The notes beneath the pieces were generated by a model, which saw only the letters and a list, made by a program, of their open reading frames with translations, was not told where the DNA came from and did no database searches. Positions 10,194 through 20,261 of a DNA stretch of 64,000 nt are shown piece after piece (within the stretch, counting starts at the first letter, position 1; each line of letters opens with the position of its first letter). Both the position numbers and the translations under genes were made by a program. Source of the stretch: Gammaproteobacteria bacterium (GTDB lineage Bacteria; Pseudomonadota; Gammaproteobacteria; Steroidobacterales; Rariloculaceae); contig OY761822.1 of NCBI GenBank assembly GCA_963664945.1, positions 661,732 to 725,731 of the forward strand, read 5' to 3'.

Positions 10194-13100
10194 ATGACGG
10201 CGGCGCACACCACAAAGGGTTGGGAGTTCTGGATCGACCGCGGCGGTACCTTTACCGATGTGGTCGCCCGGAGCCCGGCCGGCGAAATCTCTTCCGTCAA
10301 GCTGCTGTCGGAAAACCCGGACCACTATGCCGACGCCGCCGTTCACGGCATCGGCCTTTTCACCTCCGGGGACGACCCGGCCCCCATTGCCGCCGTTCGC
10401 ATGGGCACCACGGTGGCCACCAACGCCCTGCTGCAGCGCCGCGGCGCGACCACCGCCCTGGTGACGACCCGGGGTTTCGGCGATGCGCTGCGCATCGGTT
10501 ACCAGAACCGCCCGGATATCTTCGCGCTTGAGATCAAGCTGCCGGAGATGCTCTACAGCCATGTGATCGAGGCCGAGGAGCGCATCTCGGCGACGGGCGA
10601 GGTGATCGCGCCGCTGGACGAAGCAAGGCTGCGCCGCGAGCTTTCCGAGGCGCGGGCGAGGGGCGTGGACAGCGTTGCCATCGTCTTTCTTCACGGCTAC
10701 CGCTTCCCCGGGCACGAGCGGATGGCCGGGCGGATCGCCGGTGAAGTCGGGTTTCGGCAGATTTCCGTCTCCCATGACACCAGCGCGCTGATGAAGCTGG
10801 TCTCCCGCGGCGATACCACGCTGGCCGACGCGTACCTCTCCCCGGTTCTGAACCGCTACGTTCGCCAGGTGCGCGAAGGGCTCGCCGGCCGGCTGGACGA
10901 TGCGCCGCTGCTGTTCATGCAGAGTCACGGCGGGCTGGCGAGCGCGGATGCGTTTCGCGGCAAGGACAGCATTCTCTCCGGCCCGGCCGGCGGCGTGGTC
11001 GGCATGGCGGGAACCGCGGCGACGGCGGGACTGCGGCGCCTGATCGGTTTCGACATGGGCGGCACGTCCACCGACGTATCGCTCTACAACGGCGATTTCG
11101 AACGCTCCGGCAGCATGACCATCGCCGGCATCCGATTCAGCGCGCCGGTGATGCGGGTGGAAACCGTCGCGGCGGGTGGCGGCTCGATCCTCAAGTTCGC
11201 TTCCCAGCGGCTCCAGGTCGGCCCCGAATCCGCCGGCGCCTTCCCCGGGCCGGCCTGCTATCGAAATGACGGCCCGCTGACCGTCACCGATGCCAACGTG
11301 CTGCTGGGCCGCATACAGGCGGACTACTTTCCCAGTGTCTTCGGCCCAGGCGGCAACGAGGGCATTGATGCCGAGGTGGTGACGCGGCGTTTTGCACGCC
11401 TTGCCGACGAGGTCAGCCTGCAGTCGGACAAGCCGGTTGACAGCGATAAGCTGGCGGCGGGTTTCCTGCGCATCGCCGTGGAGCGCATGGCCAATGCCAT
11501 CAAGCGGATTTCCACCCAGCGCGGCCACGATATGAGCCGCTTCACGCTGTGCTGTTTCGGCGGCGCGGCGGGGCAGCATGCCTGCCAGGTGGCCGACGCG
11601 CTGGGCGTGGAACAGGTCTTCCTGCACCCTCTGGCCGGGGTGCTGTCCGCCTACGGCATGGGGATGGCGGAGATGCGGTCGCTCCAGCAGCGAAGCGTGG
11701 AGCAGCCTCTGGGCGACGATCTGCTTCCGGAGCTTGATTCGGCGTTCTCGGAGCTTGAAGCCGCCAACGCGGACCTGCTTGCGCGCCAGGGCGTGGACCC
11801 GGCGCGGCTGCGTTTCGTGCGCCGGTTGATGATCAGGGTGGCGGGTTCCGATACGCCGCTGGCCGTGCCGTGGGCGGACGGCACCGCCCGCATGGCGAGC
11901 GAATTTCATGTGGCGCACCGCACCCGCTTCGGATTCGAACCCACCGATTCCACGCTGGTCGTGCAATCGGTGGAATCGGAAGCCACGGTGCCCGGCGCGC
12001 GTGCGGTGGAACCCGGCTGGACCGGCGGCGAACGCGACCCCGGGGCGGAGGCGGTGCGCGATGTCTGGTTCAGCGACCGGCGCGTCGCCACCCCCATATT
12101 TCGGCGCGAGCGGCTCGCCGCGGGCTGCCGCATCGACGGGCCGGCGATCATCGTCGAGGACAATTCCACCCTGGTCATCGAGCCGGACTGGCGGGCGCAG
12201 GTGAACGCCCACGGCCACGTGGTGCTCACCAGGCACACGCCGCGGCCCGCCTCCGAGCGCATCGGCACCGACGTGGACCCGGTGATGCTCGAGGTCTTCA
12301 ACAACCTCTTCATGCACATCGCCGAACAGATGGGCGTGGTGCTGGAAAACACCGCCCATTCGGTGAACATCAAGGAGCGGCTGGACTTCTCCTGCGGCGT
12401 ATTCGACCCCGAAGGGGACCTTATCGCCAACGCGCCGCACATGCCGGTGCACCTCGGTTCCATGGGCGACAGCGTCAGGACCATCCTCGAGCACCGGCGC
12501 AAGACCATGAAACCGGGCGATGCCTTCATGCTGAACGCGCCCTACAACGGCGGGACCCATCTGCCCGATGTCACGGTGGTGGCACCTGTATTCGATGCCG
12601 CGGGCAAGGAACTGATCTTCTCCGTGGCCTGCCGGGCGCATCACGCCGACATCGGCGGCATATCCCCGGGGTCCATGCCCGCCACCAGCGTGTCGATTCA
12701 CGAAGAAGGCGTGCTGATCGATAACGTCCGCCTGGTGGATGCCGGCGAATTCCGCGAGGCAGCGGTGCGCGAGCTATTGGCCTCTAGCCGCCATCCCGCC
12801 CGCAATCCAGACCAGAACATGGCCGACTTCAAGGCGCAGATCGCAGCCAACACCCGCGGTGTGGCGGAACTCGGCGCGATGGTCCAGCACTTCGGGCTCG
12901 ATGTTGTTCATGCCTACATGGCTCACATCAAGCACAACGCCGAGGACTGCGTCCGCGACGCCATCGCCGCGTTGCGCGACGGCGAGTGGTCGCTTGAACT
13001 GGACGGCGGCGAGACGGTCAGGGTGCGCGTCGCCATCGATCGCGCGCAACGATGCGCCACGCTCGATTTCGGCGGCACCTCCGGCGAGAGCACGGGCAAC

Positions 13101-13820
13101 TTCAATGCGCCCGCCTCCATCGCCCGCGCCGCGGCGCTGTACGTGTTCCGGACCCTGGTCCAGGAGGACATACCCCTGAACCAGGGCTGCCTGAAGCCCC
13201 TCACGATCCGCCTGCCCGACGCATCGCTCGTCAGTCCGCGCTATCCGGCCGCCGTGGCGGCCGGCAACGTCGAGACGTCCCAGTGCATCACCGATGCGCT
13301 GCTGGCCGCGTTGAACGTCTGCGCGGCGGCACAGGGCACGATGAACAACCTGACCTTCGGCAACGAGCGGCACCAGTATTACGAGACCATCTGCGGCGGC
13401 TCCGGCGCCGGCCCGGGCTTTGACGGGGCCGATGCCGTGCACACCCACATGACCAACTCCCGGCTCACCGACCCGGAAGTGCTGGAGTGGCGATTCCCGG
13501 TACGTCTGGAGCGCTTCTGCATTCGCCGCGGCAGCGGCGGCGGTGGGCGCCATCGCGGCGGCGACGGCGTGATCAGGGAATTGCGCTTTCTCGAACCGAT
13601 GAACGTTTCGATCCTCTCCAACAGGCGGCGCACGGCACCATTCGGTCTGAACGGCGGCGGCGACGGTCAACCCGGACGAAATTACGTGATTCGCGCAGAC
13701 GGCGCAGTCGAGCAACTGGCGGCGACGGCGGAAGTCCAGCTTCAGATCAACGACCGATTCGTGGTGGAGACACCGGGCGGTGGAGGTTACGGTTCGACCG
13801 GGTTTGAGGATGAAACCTGA
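10194..13820 (+). CDS. Fused hydantoinase A/B family protein, 5-oxoprolinase (ATP-hydrolysing)-like
   Basis: 1208 aa. N-terminus [15 protein letters not shown]. Hydantoinase_A ([10 protein letters not shown]) and hydantoinase_B ([26 protein letters not shown]) regions. Confidence 0.85.
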   Translation: MTAAHTTKGWEFWIDRGGTFTDVVARSPAGEISSVKLLSENPDHYADAAVHGIGLFTSGDDPAPIAAVRMGTTVATNALLQRRGATTALVTTRGFGDALRIGYQNRPDIFALEIKLPEMLYSHVIEAEERISATGEVIAPLDEARLRRELSEARARGVDSVAIVFLHGYRFPGHERMAGRIAGEVGFRQISVSHDTSALMKLVSRGDTTLADAYLSPVLNRYVRQVREGLAGRLDDAPLLFMQSHGGLASADAFRGKDSILSGPAGGVVGMAGTAATAGLRRLIGFDMGGTSTDVSLYNGDFERSGSMTIAGIRFSAPVMRVETVAAGGGSILKFASQRLQVGPESAGAFPGPACYRNDGPLTVTDANVLLGRIQADYFPSVFGPGGNEGIDAEVVTRRFARLADEVSLQSDKPVDSDKLAAGFLRIAVERMANAIKRISTQRGHDMSRFTLCCFGGAAGQHACQVADALGVEQVFLHPLAGVLSAYGMGMAEMRSLQQRSVEQPLGDDLLPELDSAFSELEAANADLLARQGVDPARLRFVRRLMIRVAGSDTPLAVPWADGTARMASEFHVAHRTRFGFEPTDSTLVVQSVESEATVPGARAVEPGWTGGERDPGAEAVRDVWFSDRRVATPIFRRERLAAGCRIDGPAIIVEDNSTLVIEPDWRAQVNAHGHVVLTRHTPRPASERIGTDVDPVMLEVFNNLFMHIAEQMGVVLENTAHSVNIKERLDFSCGVFDPEGDLIANAPHMPVHLGSMGDSVRTILEHRRKTMKPGDAFMLNAPYNGGTHLPDVTVVAPVFDAAGKELIFSVACRAHHADIGGISPGSMPATSVSIHEEGVLIDNVRLVDAGEFREAAVRELLASSRHPARNPDQNMADFKAQIAANTRGVAELGAMVQHFGLDVVHAYMAHIKHNAEDCVRDAIAALRDGEWSLELDGGETVRVRVAIDRAQRCATLDFGGTSGESTGNFNAPASIARAAALYVFRTLVQEDIPLNQGCLKPLTIRLPDASLVSPRYPAAVAAGNVETSQCITDALLAALNVCAAAQGTMNNLTFGNERHQYYETICGGSGAGPGFDGADAVHTHMTNSRLTDPEVLEWRFPVRLERFCIRRGSGGGGRHRGGDGVIRELRFLEPMNVSILSNRRRTAPFGLNGGGDGQPGRNYVIRADGAVEQLAATAEVQLQINDRFVVETPGGGGYGSTGFEDET

Positions 13821-13996
13821 CCGTAGGCCAGGGGCCGCTCAATCAATGCCATAACGAACCAGCGCCGGATCCAGCCGATGAATTCGGATCAGAGCGTCCC
13901 AAAGCGCCCGGTTCGATTCCAATTCGCGCCTGCCGGATTCGACCCTGCGTTACAGCTTTGGCAGAATGGCGCCCCTCACCGACAAAGGGAATTCAC

Positions 13997-14470
13997 ATGA
14001 AGGGCAACGATGAGATCATTGCGATCCTGAACCGCGTGCTGCTGAACGAGCTGACCGCGATCAACCAGTACTTCCTGCACTCCAGGATGTACAAGAACTG
14101 GGGCATCAATGAACTCGCGGAGCACGAGTACAAGGAATCCACCGAAGAGATGGAGCACGCCGACAGCCTTATCGATCGGATCCTCTTTCTCGACGGACTG
14201 CCCAACCTTCAGGACATCGGGAAGCTGATGATCGGTGAAGATGTGCGCGAAATGCTCGAATGCGATCTGAAGCTTGAGCACGCCGCAATACCCGATTTGC
14301 GCGAAGGCATCGAACTTTGCGAGCGCGAGAGCGACTTCGTCAGCCGCCAATTGCTGGACGACATCCTCAAGAACGAGGAGGAGCACGTCGACTGGCTGGA
14401 AGCCCAGTTCGACCTGATCAAACGAATGGGGATCGAGAATTACGTGCAGCTACGCAGCGGCGACGCCTGA
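13997..14470 (+). CDS. bfr: Bacterioferritin
   Basis: MKGNDEIIAILNRVLLNELTAINQYFLHSRMYKNWG...EEEHVDWLEAQ. ATG at 13997 fits the family length. Confidence 0.9.
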   Translation: MKGNDEIIAILNRVLLNELTAINQYFLHSRMYKNWGINELAEHEYKESTEEMEHADSLIDRILFLDGLPNLQDIGKLMIGEDVREMLECDLKLEHAAIPDLREGIELCERESDFVSRQLLDDILKNEEEHVDWLEAQFDLIKRMGIENYVQLRSGDA

Positions 14471-14584
14471 AACCTCCAAGGCTGATATCGGGGGGGTTGC
14501 TCTCGGAGGACGATCTCGGAGGGCTGATATCGGAGGGCTACTCTCCGGGGCGATCTCAGAGAACCGATTTCGATCCGGCTGAAT

Positions 14585-14791
14585 TCAGGCAGATCGTGCA
14601 AGCCCGGTCGCTTCTGTGGGCGACGCGCCCAAATGAACATCCCGAATCAACTCTTCGGCGAATTCCAGGCAGCGCCCGCAACTGGGTTCGGCGCCCAGTT
14701 CCTTGTAAATGTCACGTACGGACCGAAGCCCCGCGCTGGCGGCGCGGCGAATGTCCTGCTCACGGTAGCGGCGACAGATACAAACAATCAT
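14585..14791 (-). CDS. bfd: Bacterioferritin-associated ferredoxin (BFD-like 2Fe-2S)
   Basis: MIVCICRRY...CGRCL cysteine pattern. Convergent with bfr. Confidence 0.8.
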   Translation of the reverse strand: MIVCICRRYREQDIRRAASAGLRSVRDIYKELGAEPSCGRCLEFAEELIRDVHLGASPTEATGLARSA

Positions 14792-14811
14792 GATGAGAAA
14801 GTATGACAAAC

Positions 14812-14830
14812 AAGAATGATTGTCAATTAC
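14812..14830 (-). promoter_or_regulatory. Candidate Fur box upstream of bfd
   Basis: On the bfd strand GTAATTGACAATCATTCTT matches about 13/19 positions of GATAATGATAATCATTATC (hand alignment). Lies 21-39 nt upstream of the bfd ATG. Confidence 0.4.
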
Positions 14831-14952
14831 ATTCGCCGAATCGGTCCACCTGCCTTGATCGGTCCACCCGCCGCACGGATGCGGGCGGCCCGCGGCAAGA
14901 GTCCGGCATCGTATCCGGTCTGGCGAGAACCCCGGCTGACAAGACTCGAGGA

Positions 14953-15927
14953 TCAGCGCCTCAACAGGCTCTCCGCACCCTGCAATATGCGCTCCGGCAA
15001 CGGCAGCCGGCGCTTGTAGGCAACCCGGTAGAGATCCGACTCGGCCACCGCTTCGGCGAGAAAATCGTCACTGGTCTTGATTTCGTCGATCAATCCCAGT
15101 TCCAGCGCCCGCGTGCCGTACCAGTATTCCCCGGTGGCCACTTGCTCGATGTCCAGTTGCGGGCGGTGGGACGTGATCTGCGTCTTGAAGAGCGCGTGCA
15201 CCTCCTCGATCTCTTCCCTGAGCTTTTCCCGGCCTTCGTCCGTATTCTTGCCGAATATCGTCAAGGTGCGCTTGAATCGCCCGGCGGTCACCTGCTCGAA
15301 ATCGACGCCCTTTTCCTCCAGCAGGCGGTTGAAATTGGGTAGCTGGGCGATGACGCCGATGGAACCGATGATCGCGAACGGCGCGGCGATGATGTGGCTG
15401 GCGACGCAGGCCATCAGATAGCCGCCGCTGGCGGCCACCTTGTCCACGGCAATGATCAGCGGCAGGTCCTTCTGCCGGATGCGCAGCAGTTGCGACGCCG
15501 CCAGTCCGTGCTCGTGGACGGCCCCGCCGGCATTCTCCAGCCGCACCAGCACCCGGTCGTCCTTCGAGGCCACCGCGAGAATCGCCGAGACCTCTTCGCG
15601 CAGCGACGCGGTCGCCGTGGCGCGAATGTCGCCCTTGAAGTCGATCACGAAGATGCGGCTGCGTTGAGAGCCCTTCTTGTCGATTTCCTTGCGCTCGGCC
15701 TTGCGCCGTTTGGCCGTCTGCTTGAACTGCGCCTTGCCCAGAACCGCGCGGCTGAGGGTATCGCCCAACTCTTCGAAGCGCCGGTTCAGGTGCTGGATGG
15801 TCAGACCGCGCTGCTCGGCGCCGCGGCGCATTTCCGCGAAGATGAACCCGCCGACGACGATGATTGCAATGGCCACCGTGCCCAGTTTGGCCAGGAACAA
15901 TCCATAATCCAAAGCGTACTCAAGCAT
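14953..15927 (-). CDS. sohB: Inner-membrane peptidase SohB (S49 family)
   Basis: N-terminal TM segment, FVIDFKGDI, VAASGGYLMAC, GSIGV. Confidence 0.8.
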   Translation of the reverse strand: MLEYALDYGLFLAKLGTVAIAIIVVGGFIFAEMRRGAEQRGLTIQHLNRRFEELGDTLSRAVLGKAQFKQTAKRRKAERKEIDKKGSQRSRIFVIDFKGDIRATATASLREEVSAILAVASKDDRVLVRLENAGGAVHEHGLAASQLLRIRQKDLPLIIAVDKVAASGGYLMACVASHIIAAPFAIIGSIGVIAQLPNFNRLLEEKGVDFEQVTAGRFKRTLTIFGKNTDEGREKLREEIEEVHALFKTQITSHRPQLDIEQVATGEYWYGTRALELGLIDEIKTSDDFLAEAVAESDLYRVAYKRRLPLPERILQGAESLLRR

Positions 15928-15932
15928 TGCCG

Positions 15933-16919
15933 TTACAACCCGACGTTATCCATTTCGAAGACCCGCTCGGCGCGGTAACTGGAGCGCACCAGCGGCCCGG
16001 CGACCACCTCAAGGAACCCCCGCTCCAGGCCCCAGCGGCGATACATCGCGAAGGCTTCCGGCGTCACGTAGCGCTCCACCGGCAGATGGTTCATAGTGGG
16101 CCGCAGGTACTGGCCGAAGGTCACGATGTCAACGCCGCGGGCACGCAGGTCGTCCAGGGTTTCACCGATCTCCTCGTCGGTTTCCCCGAGCCCCAGCATC
16201 ACGCTGGATTTGGTCAAGATGTCGGCTCGATGCCGCTTGGCGTAGGCCAACACGCCCAGCGTCTGATCGTATCCCGCCCGGGGGTCGCGCACGGGACGGG
16301 TCAGGCGGCGCACCGTTTCGAGATTCTGCGCGAACACGTCCACACCGGAGCCGACCACGGTGCGGACACTGGCGCGCTTCCCGGCGAAGTCAGGCGTCAG
16401 CGCCTCCACCGCGGTCTGCGGACAGCGGCGCTTGATGGCGGCCACGCAGGCCGCGTAGTGCCCGGCGCCGCCGTCATCGAGGTCGTCCCGGTCCACCGAG
16501 GTGATGACGACGTACTTCAATCCCATCAGTTCTACCGATTCCGCGGCATGCTGCGGCTCTTCGGGGTCCAGCCATCCCTGCGGATTGCCCGTGTCCACGG
16601 CGCAGAAGCGGCAGGCACGTGTACACACCGAACCCATCAGCATCAGCGTCGCGGTGCCTGCGGACCAGCACTCGCCGATATTGGGGCACATGGATTCTTC
16701 GCATACCGTCGCCAGCCGGTTCTCGCGGACCGTGCGTCTGACCCGGGCGTATTTCCTGCCCGACGGGATCCGGACCTTGAGCCAGGGCGGCTTGGGAAGG
16801 GCCTTCGCGTCGGCGCTCCGCCCACCGGGCTTGACCCCGTTCCTGACCGCCGTGAAGCCGGCCGCCGTCCGGTATTTCCGGCCGCTCTCGACCACGGGTA
16901 TGCCGCGAAACTCGCTCAC
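15933..16919 (-). CDS. lipA: Lipoyl synthase
   Basis: [12 protein letters not shown] and CTRACRFC radical-SAM clusters. SSYRAE near the C-terminus. Confidence 0.95.
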   Translation of the reverse strand: MSEFRGIPVVESGRKYRTAAGFTAVRNGVKPGGRSADAKALPKPPWLKVRIPSGRKYARVRRTVRENRLATVCEESMCPNIGECWSAGTATLMLMGSVCTRACRFCAVDTGNPQGWLDPEEPQHAAESVELMGLKYVVITSVDRDDLDDGGAGHYAACVAAIKRRCPQTAVEALTPDFAGKRASVRTVVGSGVDVFAQNLETVRRLTRPVRDPRAGYDQTLGVLAYAKRHRADILTKSSVMLGLGETDEEIGETLDDLRARGVDIVTFGQYLRPTMNHLPVERYVTPEAFAMYRRWGLERGFLEVVAGPLVRSSYRAERVFEMDNVGL

Positions 16920-16975
16920 TTGATTCCTTGGACTTCAGTCTGCAGGCCAACGGTACGTTGGCGTATCATTATCTC

Positions 16976-18589
16976 ATGGATTCGGAGGCGCACGACAGGG
17001 GCAAGCCCTGCACCATTGGAGGCACTCGAGACGCGGTGCATGATCTCGCTGAACCCCCGCTCGCGCGCATCGACCGCGCGAGGTCCTTCCGGGCAAGGTC
17101 CTTCCGGGCGGGGTCCTTTCGGGCGGGCTCTTTCCGGGCAGCGTGGCAACTGATCGCGGTCATTTTCTGCCTGGCCGTCGCGCTGCCGCACGGGGCGTCC
17201 GCACAGGACCTGCGCAGCCCGCTGTTCCAGGCCGCCGACGCGGCGTTGACGGCTGCAGGCGGGGCAGACGCGCCGGTGCTGGCGCCGACCGCGTACGAGG
17301 CGGGGATGAACGCCTATACCGCAGCCGAAAACGACTTTGCCCGGGGGCGAAGCATCAACCGGATTCAGGGCCGGCTCGCCGACGCCGAAGCGGCATTCAA
17401 CCGGGCCGCGGCGACGGCCGCCGCCGCCGCGGCCACGTTTGCACCCCTGCTCGAGACCCGCCGGCAAACGCTGGATGCCAGGGCGGATGTCTTCGCGGTC
17501 GAGCTCTGGAACGACGCGGAGGCTGCCTTCAGGGCCGTCAGCCGGCGCCTGGAATCCTCCCCTTCGGCAGACCTGGGCGACCGGACGGCGACGGTGGAAT
17601 CGTTGTATCGCGATGCGGAACTCACCGCCATCAAGGCCCAGCATCTCAGTCAGACGCGTGCGCTGCTGGCCCAGGCGGCGCTGGACCGCGTGCCGCAATA
17701 CGCGCCACGCACCCATGCGAGCGCCGAGGCGCTGCTCGCGCAGGCCGAGGCGGCGCTTGATGCAGACCGCTACGACGTCGAACCCGCCCGCCAACTGGCC
17801 GAGCAGGCCGCCTACGAGGTCCGGCGCGCCATTTCCATGACCGTGCGGGTTCTCGAGCTCGTGGACCGGGACAGGACCGTCGAGGACCTCATTCTCGAGT
17901 ATGAGCAGGGTATCGCCGAGATTGCGGCCGCGGCGGGAAACGCAGCGCGACTGGACTCCGGGCCGGCCCCCCTGATAGCGGATCTGGTGGCCGACATCGA
18001 AACGCTTCGCCAGCGAGAGCGGCAACTGCAGATCGACGCCGATGAGAACCGCATCCGCATTGCCGGGCTGGAGGAGGAGATCCGGGAGCTGGACGATCAG
18101 CTCGGCGGGGTATTCCGGGAGCGGGTCGCGCTGGTGCAGCAGCTCGAGGCCGAGGAGCGGGTTCGCGAGCGGTTCGAAAGGATCGAGAACCTGTTCGCCG
18201 TCGACCAGGCCCAGGTCACGCGGGAAGGCGACAGCGTCATCATTACGCTCACGGGTTTGACGTTTGCAAGCGGTTCATCCCAGATCGACGCGGCGCACGC
18301 GCCGCTGCTTGCGGCGGTCGGGGAGGCCGTGGACGTATTCCCGCTATCCGGTATCGTGGTCGAAGGCCACACCGATTCCTACGGCGGCGCCATTTCGAAC
18401 ATGTCGTTGTCACGGTCCCGCGCCGAGGCGGTGGGCGATTACCTGAGCGACCGGCTGGGCGTCGCCGGCGGGCGCATCAGTTCATTGGGCTACGGAGAAA
18501 CCCGTCCCGTCGCCAACAACGAGACCGCCCATGGCCGGGCGCGCAACCGCCGTATCGAGGTGCGGATCACGCCGCAGCCCACGGGTTAG
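16976..18589 (+). CDS. Secreted coiled-coil protein with C-terminal OmpA/MotB peptidoglycan-binding domain
   Basis: Signal-like WQLIAVIFCLAVALPHGASAQD, long Ala/Glu/Arg-rich helical region, C-terminal VEGHTDSYG...NMSLSRSRAEAV...RARNRRIEVRI. Start is ATG 16976 or an in-frame GTG near 17035. Confidence 0.75.
   Translation: MDSEAHDRGKPCTIGGTRDAVHDLAEPPLARIDRARSFRARSFRAGSFRAGSFRAAWQLIAVIFCLAVALPHGASAQDLRSPLFQAADAALTAAGGADAPVLAPTAYEAGMNAYTAAENDFARGRSINRIQGRLADAEAAFNRAAATAAAAAATFAPLLETRRQTLDARADVFAVELWNDAEAAFRAVSRRLESSPSADLGDRTATVESLYRDAELTAIKAQHLSQTRALLAQAALDRVPQYAPRTHASAEALLAQAEAALDADRYDVEPARQLAEQAAYEVRRAISMTVRVLELVDRDRTVEDLILEYEQGIAEIAAAAGNAARLDSGPAPLIADLVADIETLRQRERQLQIDADENRIRIAGLEEEIRELDDQLGGVFRERVALVQQLEAEERVRERFERIENLFAVDQAQVTREGDSVIITLTGLTFASGSSQIDAAHAPLLAAVGEAVDVFPLSGIVVEGHTDSYGGAISNMSLSRSRAEAVGDYLSDRLGVAGGRISSLGYGETRPVANNETAHGRARNRRIEVRITPQPTG
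17081..17140 (+). repeat. Four tandem copies of a 15-bp unit (aggtccttccgggca-like), in frame as (R/G)SFRA x4
   Basis: Read directly: aggtccttccgggca aggtccttccgggcg gggtcctttcgggcg ggctctttccgggca. Confidence 0.9.
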
Positions 18590-18772
18590 CGGTATCCATG
18601 TTGTCAAGAGCCGTTTTGTTCAGGCTGTTCACGCGTTGGTTGCTATTGATTCGGAGGCGGCTGTCAAGCGGTGGCGGCGGCGTGCTTGGGCGTCCGTGGC
18701 AAAAGTCCCGCGAGCACCGAGGCCGGCGAGGCGCGGGGAGTGAGGACATCGGGAATATCTGACCGACGAGGT

Positions 18773-19690
18773 TCAGCCGACGGCGTCCGCCCTTCGCAGC
18801 CAGGCGGCGATGGATTCGGCCACCGGTCGGGTGACCAGGTAGCCGTAGGACGTATGCACATCCAGCCGGCCGCGATCACGGTAGTGGTTGTAGAACCCCG
18901 TGCAGTCCTGCAGCGCTTCCAGCGAGCCCACCTCGACCATCTCGCCGTAGTGAGGCCCAAGCCGCGGGTACAGCGCGGTGATTTCGCCGTGAGCCGAGAA
19001 ATTCTGCCATCGGTCCACGATTTTCGGGTAGCGTTTCCGACCGGACAACCGGGCGCCCTGGACGCCCCTGAGAATCATGGGGCTTGCCAGCGGGCTGCCC
19101 AGGGTCATGAACAGGTCGACGCGACCATTCTCGCGGCGCTCGCCGTGGGAGAGCTCCCAGAGCGTGTCGTAGGCGATCACCGAACCGAGGCTATGACCGA
19201 TCAGCAACACCTGCTCGCCCGCCGACCAGGCATCGGCCAGCGCCTTGCGCACGATGTCGCGCACCACCGTGGCGACCCCGCGCCAATTCATGAGATAGCG
19301 GTGAGTCTCGGTCACGGTCAGGCGCATCGAGCGCCTTGCGAACAGACTCGAGAACAGAGGCGCCGCGTGCCCCAGCCGGAGCAGGGCGCGTCTCTTGCGC
19401 CTGGCGAATGCCTCGATATCGGCAACATCCCGGGTACTGGGCTCCGGTTGCTCGAGGATGCGCTCGATGCTCCGCTTGTCCAGTTCGATATTGCGGTGTT
19501 TTCGATAAAAGGCGTGCGTCCACGCCGCCGTGCTCAGGCACCTGGCGCCGTCCCGCAGCGGCTGCGCCGCATCCGGGTCGACGCGCTCAATCCCCGCCCG
19601 CATGCACCGGCCGAGCACCTGGCGGTGAATCCGTTGCGGCGGCTTGGGTTTCATCCCGGGGACGAAGATGATTCGCGCGGGCCTGGTCAT
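18773..19690 (-). CDS. Alpha/beta hydrolase (lipase/esterase-like)
   Basis: GHSLGS nucleophile elbow. Start chosen at MTRPARIIFVPGMKP. Confidence 0.6.
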   Translation of the reverse strand: MTRPARIIFVPGMKPKPPQRIHRQVLGRCMRAGIERVDPDAAQPLRDGARCLSTAAWTHAFYRKHRNIELDKRSIERILEQPEPSTRDVADIEAFARRKRRALLRLGHAAPLFSSLFARRSMRLTVTETHRYLMNWRGVATVVRDIVRKALADAWSAGEQVLLIGHSLGSVIAYDTLWELSHGERRENGRVDLFMTLGSPLASPMILRGVQGARLSGRKRYPKIVDRWQNFSAHGEITALYPRLGPHYGEMVEVGSLEALQDCTGFYNHYRDRGRLDVHTSYGYLVTRPVAESIAAWLRRADAVG

Positions 19691-19758
19691 GAGAAGGTGG
19701 TATAGACTATTGCGCCCCGATTCGGGTGAAGTTGGCAAGACACGATGGAGGATAGCTG

Positions 19759-20178
19759 GTGCGATATCTGCATACGATGGTCAGAGTAAGCAATCTTGAA
19801 GAGTCCCTGGACTTCTATTGCAACAAACTGGGGATGAAACAGACTCGGCGAAAGGACGTTGAAGCCGGACGTTTCACTCTAATCTTCGTTGCGCCGGAAG
19901 GCCAGGAAGAATGCCCTCTGGAACTCACGTACAATTGGGACCCCGAAGCCTATGGCGAAGGCCGCAATTTCGGCCATGTCGCCTACGAAGTCGATGACAT
20001 CTACGCCACCTGCCAGCGGCTGATGGAATCCGGCGTCACCATCAACAGGCCGCCCCGGGACGGGCGCATGGCCTTTATCCGCTCCCCTGACAACATCTCC
20101 GTTGAACTGCTGCAAAGGGGCGACGCCCTGGAACCGGCCGAGCCCTGGGCCTCCATGGGCAACACCGGGCACTGGTAG
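19759..20178 (+). CDS. gloA: Lactoylglutathione lyase (glyoxalase I)
   Basis: MRYLHTMVRVSNLEESLDFY...ELTYNW...GHVAYEVDDI...ISVELLQ. Confidence 0.9.
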   Translation: MRYLHTMVRVSNLEESLDFYCNKLGMKQTRRKDVEAGRFTLIFVAPEGQEECPLELTYNWDPEAYGEGRNFGHVAYEVDDIYATCQRLMESGVTINRPPRDGRMAFIRSPDNISVELLQRGDALEPAEPWASMGNTGHW

Positions 20179-20261
20179 GCCGGGCGCGCACGCCTCTGCC
20201 GCGTCCTGCTCGGACTGGGCGACGGCCGCAACAGCCAATCGGCAACCCACTGGGGACCCGC

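Noticed and set aside
10083-12701. 872-aa minus-strand ORF
   Set aside because: It is entirely antisense to the well-supported oxoprolinase gene. It is Arg/Gly/Ala/His-rich with no motifs, a typical high-GC shadow ORF.
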